Source of the DNA: the human T2T-CHM13v2.0 reference genome, Homo sapiens
Length of the DNA stretch: 64,000 nt
Reading direction: 5' to 3' (one strand)
Assembly: GCF_009914755.1 (NCBI RefSeq)
Contig: NC_060939.1
Shown here piece after piece: positions 53,962 through 64,000 of this stretch (within the stretch, counting starts at the first letter, position 1; every line of letters begins with the position of its first letter). The position numbers and the translations under genes were made by a program. Under the pieces are notes generated by a model. The model saw only the letters and a list, made by a program, of their open reading frames with translations, ran no database searches and had not been told where the DNA came from.

Positions 53962-54079
53962 CAACAAGAGGCACTGGTGAAAGAAGCACACAAATGAAGC
54001 AGAAACCTGGGGCCAGCACCTCTTTAAATACAGAAAGCTGTTGCCTCAGGTGGAAGCAGGATATCAAAAACAAGAGCAA

Positions 54080-54330
54080 ATAGTAGCTGACATGTATTGA
54101 GCACTTACGATCTGCCAGTCCAGGTGTTACACACTTTACATGCAATAACTTATTTAATTCTCACATGACACTTTGAGATAGGTACTGTTATTATCCCCAT
54201 TATTACAGATAGAGAAGCTGAGGCTTTAGTGATTTTCTCATGGACGTACAACTAAGTGAAAGAGCCAGGATTCAACTTCAGCACTGTGAGACCCCTAAAC
54301 TTGGCTCTTCATCACTATGATATTCTGCCC
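54080..54330 (-). mobile_element. MIR
   Basis: ttattatccccatt..acagat.gagaa.ctgaggct core. Confidence 0.7.
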
Positions 54331-54559
54331 TCCTTGCACTATAAATGCTTTGCAGTTTCACTAGTTGGATGGACCCTGTCACAGTGGAATGGAATTGATG
54401 ACTTTCCATTTTGAAATGTCTTCACAAGGAGTGTGGTCTTTATTGCTCTTCTTAGAAGACCTGTAAGATTATGAGGAGCATCAGTCCCTTGAGTGGGTCA
54501 CCTACCATGGTGGCTCCTTGGCCAGGGAGCATCTCTGGTGATTTAAAAATATTTCCACA

Positions 54560-55020
54560 GATTCTTTGATAATCCTAATTTCATGAGGTAGAGCTTAATT
54601 CCTTCTCTGAGTATGGCTTAGACTTGGTGACTCACTTCTATCAATAGAATAAAGCATGAGTGAGTGTCTGACTTCTGAGATCATAAAGTCATTGCAGCTT
54701 CCTCCTTGTTCTCTTGCCCTTGGATCACTCATTCTTCTTGAGGTTGCTTCAGCAGTCCTATAGAAAGGTCCATGTGGTGAGGAACTGGGGCCTTTGCCAA
54801 CAGCCAGCAAGGAACTGAGGCTTTCGGCCAACAGCCATTTGAATGACCCATCATGGAAATGAAGTCCCCACCTCCAGTCAAGCCTGTGGATCACTGCAGC
54901 CCCAGCCAACCTCCTGACTGCAACCTCGTGATTGACCCTGAGCCAGAACCACCCAGCTAAGCTGCTCTTGAATTCCTGACCCATAGACACTCTGAGACAA
55001 TTAAACGCTTGTTATTTTAA
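54560..55020 (+). mobile_element. MLT1-family LTR fragment
   Basis: ggaactgaggc..gactgcaacctc..gaccctgagccagaaccacccagctaagctgctc..aattcctgaccc. Confidence 0.75.
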
Positions 55021-55347
55021 CTTTTATGGTCCAGCATCCCTAGGGGAGTAATGAAAATGTAGTAAAATTCCTTTAAATTCGAACAGTCTGAACCAAAAAG
55101 AAATTGACCCCTCCCTGGACAGTTGGAGGTTTCCATTGTTTCTGTTTTCGGGCTGAAGAATGAAACAGAGGATTCCTTGTCCACTTGATCATGTAAAAAT
55201 GCTCAACAGGAAGAGGGCTGTTGACAGTGCAACTTCTAGGAGGTGGTAGGAAGGGGTCCTAGCAGGTAACTCTGAGAGGCTTGGGCTTGAAGATTCAAGC
55301 AATTAACAAACAGAAATGAGGGAGCAACCAAGCCATCTTCTCTCCTC

Positions 55348-55506
55348 AGCGCTTGCTACTCAAAGTGTAGCCCACATATCAGGGGTATCAGCATCACTTG
55401 AGAGCTTATTGGAGATAAAGAATATAGGCCCATCCTACACTTCCACCTACACCTTTTAACAAGATCCCCAGGTGATTTGTGTATAGATTAAAATTTAAGA
55501 AGCTGT
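55348..55506. mobile_element. MER5-like hAT fossil
   Basis: ctactcaaagtgt..cagcatcacttg.gagctt..ttttaacaagatccccaggtgatt. Confidence 0.6.
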
Positions 55507-56092
55507 CCTAAGAAAATTCAAAAGCCATCTTCTAACCACAGCAGGATGGACTGCCTTCCTCAGACCAAAGGGAAGGTGAGTCTTAGCCTGGAAGTTAATA
55601 AGAACCCATCCCCTCACTCCCACCAACCCTACTCTGCCCAAATGTTTGCCAAGAAAAACGAAAGGAAAAAAGACATCATGTAGAGTGAATAATTAAGATG
55701 GATCTACCAAATCAAGCTCGTCTTCACTCTGCTTCCCACAGCGAAATGCCACACGGTGTGTGGGAGAGAGTGAGTGAGCACTTCTCTGCCTCTCACTGTT
55801 CCAACTCCCACCTTCCACAGGCTTCAGCAGGATGTGGATGCAAACCTTTTGCCCCTTACTCACTGATCACTCCCTGGGCCTGGATTCACGCATCACGTCT
55901 TCCATGTTTCTCTGCTTGTCTGTGTCCAAAATTCAGGGACTGTACATATTGGACTAAAGGAGATATTACAAAGGGATAACATGGCTCTGGGCAGTGATTC
56001 TCAATGTGGCAGAGAGGGGAACATCTTCCAGGGGGAGCCCGTCAGAATCTGTATGTGTTGGGGGTGCTCCTGTGGTTTGAAATGGCCCCTTT

Positions 56093-56417
56093 GGGCCGGG
56101 CGCGGTGGCTCACGCCTGTAATCCCAGCACTTTGGGAGGTCGAGGTGGGTGGATCACCTGAGGTCAAGAGTTCGAGACCACCATGGCCAACATGGTGAAA
56201 CCCCATCTCTACTAAAAATACAAAAAAAAAAAAAAAAAATTAGCCAGGCATGGTGGTGTCGGCGTGTAATCCCAATTACTTGGGAGAGGCTGAGGCAGGA
56301 GAATTGCTTGAACCCAGGAGGCAGAGGTGGCAGTGCGCCAAGATCGTGCCACTGCACTTCAGCCTGGCTGACGAGAGCAAAACTCCATCTCAAAAAAAAA
56401 AAAAAAAGAAAAGAAAA
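56093..56417 (+). mobile_element. Alu
   Basis: Full Alu with an expanded A linker. Confidence 0.9.
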
Positions 56418-57729
56418 GGCCCCTTTAAAGTTTCTGATTTGCTCCCCTTCTCCTCCCACCCAAGGGAACATGATCCTGCTCACACTGAGAACCACTGTCT
56501 TTCCAAGGCATCATTATTGATGGCAGGTAATGGCCTCAGGTGAACTGGAATAGAAACAAGGCTTTCCACTGCTGGGCAGGGTTCCTTTTGATTTCTGGTG
56601 ATAAAACAGCTGCAGGGAGGTTAAAGGCAAGGCCACAGGGCATTCTCAGGCAATGTCATAAAACTAGATGGGAAGAGGGAAAAGGATACACCAGTATCCT
56701 AAAGAAACAAACCATAGTTGAGGGCAAGAGGAGATGAGCTCATGAAAGAATCAACTGACAGCTTCAAGAGAGAGAATGAGCTGCACCAGGGCTCCCCCTC
56801 CCTTTCTGCCACAGTGGCTTCCATCGAGCTTTGTGTTTGGTTCATTTAAGAAGATAACCAGTGACTCAATGTTGTTGGTGGAAATATATTCCACATGACT
56901 CATAGCATCCTTAGACCTATTCACAAGAGACCCTGGCATGTTCTCCCCTGCCACACAAGGGCCTAAGGAAGACTATCTTGTTGCCTGAGGCACTATCTCC
57001 AGGGCCACTGTGTGTTGCCAGGCAAGGGATCAGCCTGCTGGGGCTGCCTAGTGCAGCCCTCCTGAATCTCTGAACCTCAGAACATTTCATAGCCAAGGAA
57101 ATAGAAGTCCAGAGATGGAGAGTGACTTATCTGAGGTAACACAGCAATCAGAATCCAGGCCTTCTGACTCGGCCCATGGTAATTCACTTAGTTATCAGGT
57201 TAGTCCTAATCCAAGTCAGGAGGACCCTTTGTTATCAGAGAGATATTCTCACTGAGACTAAAGGAGAAATGAGCTCTAGACCGGATTTAGGAGAACACGC
57301 TTGCTTCTGAGGAAACTGGTTTTTTGTTTTTTAAACTCTGCTGATCTCTTTCTGGCCTCAGAGGGGCTTTACCTCACCTCCATTTTTGTTTGAATGCTAG
57401 TGTTGTCCTAAATTGATTGGAGTGTGAATCAGGACAGAATTAGCAAGAGCCTGCAAGATGCCAGGGAAAACCTGAGCTTTTGTGTAACACGAACATCTCT
57501 CCAGGGTATTGGCTTTGGCATAATGCTTTCTGATATCAGAGGGTAGAAATGAGTCCACAGGCATTTCCAGAGTTTAAGGCTGTGAACTCTGGAAAGCACT
57601 GGAGGCTCCTGGAGAGTTTTTTCCAGAAGATCCTTTGGCCTTACCTTCCCTTCAAATAGATTCTTTGCCACTGGCTTCCCCTATTTACTATTTCCTTTTT
57701 CCTGACTATAATTATGTTTAGTACGTCTT

Positions 57730-58409
<680 letters not shown>

Positions 58410-58514
58410 TAATGGATGAAGAGACTGAGTGCTTAGAGATACTGTTCTTGCCTTGTCACAGAGCTAGTTAAAGAACAACCTGGGATTTGAAGCCAGCTCT
58501 CTGATTTCTTAGCC

Positions 58515-58722
58515 CAGGGGTTGGCAAACTACAGCCCACTGCCATAGTTTCCAATGGAATAAAATTTTACTGGAACACAGCCTTGCTCATTCATTTATGT
58601 ATCGTCTATGGCTGCTTTCACACTACAATGACAGAATTGAGTAGTTGCGACAGAGACCATATGGCCCGACAAGCCAAAAATACTTACTATTTGGCCCTTT
58701 ACAGAAAAAGTTTGCCAATCCA
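58515..58722. mobile_element. MER58-like hAT fossil
   Basis: caggggttggcaaact...aaagtttgccaatcc terminal inverted repeats and MER58 core. Confidence 0.75.
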
Positions 58723-60137
58723 TCTTAGCCTAAGCTAGGCTCAAGCGATGTTCACTGAAGGCACAGTGGCCTGGTGACTCCGTTCGTTCATGTATGTCTT
58801 GATTCATCCTGTTAACGTTTTTTGGAGCACCTGTTGTGTGTCAGACATTTTGCTTCCTTGGACGGCGGGGCCCCATTTGCAGTCAGTTTCCTTCTCCTAC
58901 TTGATCTTTCCAAAGAGTTCATACACCTGCAATCCCTGTTAAAAGCCAAATCTGGTACCTGAATTTCCCATTTTCTTTGCCTTGTCTCTAGCCTAGACAA
59001 GAAAATCTGTTTATTACTTTAAAAATGACAAAAGAAATTAATCAGGATTTGGCAACTAAATTTATCATCTGGGAAGAAGCCAAGAGATAAACTGAAGCAA
59101 GTTCTGTACTCCCTACTTCACCCCCTTCTCTCAGCCTGGCTTTATGGGAATGGCTGAGACAGCAGTGAAATTTAGGACCAATATTGCCTGGAAAAAACAC
59201 ACTGACAGCTAAATTAGTTTGGCAGCAAGGTGGGATGGAGGGCTCTAAGCCAGGGATGAATTACGGATGTTGAGTGAGGCTGGGCCCGGTATCTCCTCTC
59301 TTAAGATCAGTAGGGATGTGAATGAGGAGAAAAATGCAGCTAATTCCACAGGCTCACAGAATGCCCCAGGGAGGGGGAGGCACAAAGACTGCAAAGCAGG
59401 CCCAGGCACCGGTGGTTCACACTCCTGACAATGCTGGAAAACTGCATACTAGGTAAAGAACGCTGGTGAGGTTGAGAGAGAGGGGAAAATTGCCCAAGAT
59501 GGTTAGCACAAATGCATGCAGACCGAGAGGAGCTCCTTCTCTTGCCAGTGTCCTTGAAGTCTGCTGACTTGGTGAGAGGCCTGGCCATGGTCCTAATGCT
59601 GTGCTTACCAGGACTTGGATGACTACCTGGGATAGCTTTCTCTCTCAGGAAACAGAAGTTAGCTGCTTAAGTTTTAGGATTCTAGCTGGTGGGGAAAGGG
59701 GACAGAGGAGGAGTGGAGATTATTAGAAAAGAAGTACCTTTCACATAAACAAGGAAGAAAAGCCAGTACTAACTGTACTTGTGCATGATGCAGAGCCCCT
59801 GGGGCCTACGGACTGTGTAATGAATCTGGCAACGAAATATTGAGACTTTGCTCAGTGCAAGGCTCACTGTGGGTGTATTAAGAAGTGTAAGAGGCCGGGA
59901 TAGTGGTTAATCTTCCCGACAATTCTATGAGGTAGATATCACTATCCCCATTTTATAAATGAGTAATCTAAGGTTAGAGAGGTTAAGTATCTTATTTCCA
60001 AGTTAAGTATCTTATTTGGCTGTATACAGCCAACAAGTAACATAAGTAAGATCTGAGCTCCCAGGTCTATGCTGCTTCTTGGGTAGGAAGGTCTGTCCAT
60101 TCATGTAAGATAGTGACACTGGATTTACAAAATTGTA

Positions 60138-60498
<361 letters not shown>

Positions 60499-60728
60499 TA
60501 ATCAAATTGGAAAGCCATGTGTCTGTGGTGCTCTCACTGGCTGCTCCCTCTCATCCCCACTGTTGGTCCAGTGAGGTGGACAACAAAGACGTGTTAGGTT
60601 TGCTCCGATATGTAGACAGGAGTACCAACTTTGGGGTCTGCCCTGGCACCAGTACCTCTTTTAGCAGAGACAGACAGAAGTTCAGAGCTAAGGCAAACAC
60701 TCTGGAGATCATGAGTGGGGCAGGCTAG

Positions 60729-61091
<363 letters not shown>

Positions 61092-61501
61092 TAGGGTGTC
61101 TATGATTTGGATGGATTTGGTTTTCTGAAGCAAAGCAAGAGCCACCTCCACTTCCACATAGATGAGCAGAGCCTGGGGCTTCTATGCCTAGTAAGAGACA
61201 TGAGATTTGGTTCTAGCTACACTCTTCACTGTCTTCAGTGCTTCAAAGTAGGTGGGTACACGCTGCCCTATGCATCTGCAGGAAACAAGCCTTCCTGAAG
61301 AGGATCTCCCTCAACTCCCATGTGAAGGGCCCATGCCGAAGAAGCCACTTTTCTCCCCTGTCCCACTTCCTTGTTGCCTTTGTACTGATAATGCCTGCTT
61401 CTTGGCCCCCTCCTCTCCCCATTTCCTGATTTCCTCTCTTAGAGAAATTTTTGCTCCTTTCACCTGGCATGCTCTTTAGATCAGGAAATGAAAATAATTC
61501 T

Positions 61502-61865
<364 letters not shown>

Positions 61866-62815
61866 CTAGGAGTGGATCTCAAAGCCTTACAGGATAACCC
61901 GTCTATATGGCTGGCAATATCCTCATTCCCACCTTTGCTGTCTCCACGGTCTTAGGGAAGGGGTTAGAGCTGACAGTCCTATCTCTTCCTCAGCTCTAGG
62001 ATTCCCTGGCATCACATCCTTACCTATGGTCCTGCCTTCTACAAAGTAACATCAAGGTTTTGCTTATGTCAAAATTAGGTCTTTCTAATATAAAAATTAG
62101 GGATCCATGTTGTAGAGTTCTTGAATCTCTGAGGTGAGACTTTCACAGTAAATTTCGCTCAGATACACAAAATCCTGGGGAAGCTTTGAAGCTCTCACTC
62201 ACTGACCCTCTTTTAGGATGGCTGTGGGCACAGAGGTTCTTTTCATCCTCAAGTGGCGCTGGATGAGACAGGATGCATTCCACGCAGCTGTCGGCCTGCC
62301 ACAGAACATGATCCCCACAATAGTTTATCACGAACCTGATCCAACAGCACCACAGAGTTTATCCATTTTGATTTTAAATCTTCAGTATCTCCCAGCTTAT
62401 CTTTCAGTGTTATGCCTTTGGCATTTTCCAAGTATATCCATTAGACCACTTGAATCTATTTGCAACCTCCGAAATAAGCAGCAACATAGCTCTCTCCAAA
62501 AATGTCCACAGTGGCAACATCATAGGTAAAAGAAAAGACGCTTCTGATTAGTTACTCCAGAGCCCTTTGAGAGTGACCAGTTCAAGAGGTAGTATTCACA
62601 CTTCTTGAAGGAAAGAAGTCCACTCTGTTGCGACTGCACTGAGGGGTACGCGAAGAAAGCATGTGGAAATGAAATACAGAAGTCATTATATTTAGGAAGA
62701 GTTCCTTGCCTCTAAGAGTTAGGCGCTTCCAAATGAGAGGCTCTAAGAGGTCACCATCCCCCTTTCCTATGCTCTCCAACAGGTCCTAATGGCTGCGGGA
62801 AGCATGTTCACCTCA

Positions 62816-62998
<183 letters not shown>

Positions 62999-63124
62999 TT
63001 AGGGCCAACTTATACTCAGAACAGTGGGAAATTATATATGTAGATCAAAACTTGAGATAAGTGGGAGGTTTCGTCCCACCCTCCCCAGGGGTGTGGCTTG
63101 AGTCTTTTCATGGAGAATACTTAC

Positions 63125-63167
63125 ATCTCAATTGTTTCACCACAGACTTTGTAAATTCCAGCCAATG
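63125..63167 (-). CDS. FRMD5: FRMD5 exon (HWLEFTKSVVKQLR); upstream exons lie outside the window
   Basis: ttctctgtttcag|CAT acceptor, GAT|gtaagt donor; 43 nt; FERM-N HWL motif. Confidence 0.95.
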
Positions 63168-64000
63168 CTGAAACAGAGAACACAGAACATGAAAACCCTA
63201 ATGAGAAGGGCTGTAAAATATAACTTGTTTTCTCCAACTTAAAAAACTAGACAGATTGTAGCCTAGGGTGAAAGCAGCCCAAAAGCTTATGAAAGATAAG
63301 TTTGGTGAGTAAAGAGTGATATGATTTTCTGAAATGAGCTCCCATGGAGCCAGCTGTGAAGGGGGGAATAGTTCCAGCTTCAGATGCCATTTATGGGCTT
63401 CCCTGGAAATGCTGTCTTCTAAAGCAGGGTGCCAAAATTCTGAGCCATGTTTTTGGCATGCGATTAAGGCACAAGCGACTGCATGTATGTGTGGCGGGGA
63501 CAGAGCCCCACCTGGGTTGAGTCGGGAAATACTGACTTTAATGGGTGGTGTGTGTTTCTGTTATGCACCAGCTTTTTTTTTCTTCTTTTTTTGGCAGGGG
63601 AGTGGGAATAGAAGATTTTGGTAGCAACTCTAGAAAGTAGTGAGAAGTGGAAATTTCCTAAGTCAGGGATGGCTGGTATATATTCCATCTTTCTTTGAGT
63701 AACATAAATTGCCAACCCTTGTGTTAGAAAACACATACTCAGGATTCCTTGGCATCCAGTGATGTTTTAAAATCTAAATCTCAAATGATAACTAACCACA
63801 ACCAACGTGTAGGATAGTACCTTCTTCCCCTTGGATTTTTCAAGGAGGCAGGACATAGAGGCAGAATACATTTTCCCATGGTACTTAACGTCTGGGGGAA
63901 GCAATGAAACCATTCTATATGTGTTCCTTAATTCTACATGGGTCCTTTATAAATTTTATTATTGATGTTTGTTGCTTTTTGCTAATCAAGATTAGGTAGG

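Overview
Human (primate) genomic DNA, recognisable from the encoded proteins as the WDR76-FRMD5 locus (chr15q15.3 by recollection). On the + strand are the last four coding exons and 3' UTR of WDR76 (WD40 protein), ending near 11.78 kb. Convergent on the - strand, about 2.3 kb away, are 12 coding exons of FRMD5 (FERM, FERM-adjacent region and C-terminal TM helix). They splice in frame with GT-AG sites into 501 codons plus stop. The last FRMD5 intron holds a processed PIN4/Par14 retrocopy (PIN4P1) with an intact 131-codon ORF. There is also a Y1 RNA retro-pseudogene, more than 35 Alus, MaLR solo LTRs, L1/L2/MIR pieces, MER DNA transposon fossils and an ancient CR1/L3 reverse-transcriptase fossil. 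Most entries in the ORF track are Alu or chance ORFs. The most interesting structure is hidden in the FRMD5 terminal exon and UTR: an in-exon donor, two alternative acceptors and an intervening poly(A) signal that could switch FRMD5 between membrane-anchored and TM-less C-termini. I found no evidence for a wholly new gene or system beyond such hypotheses.
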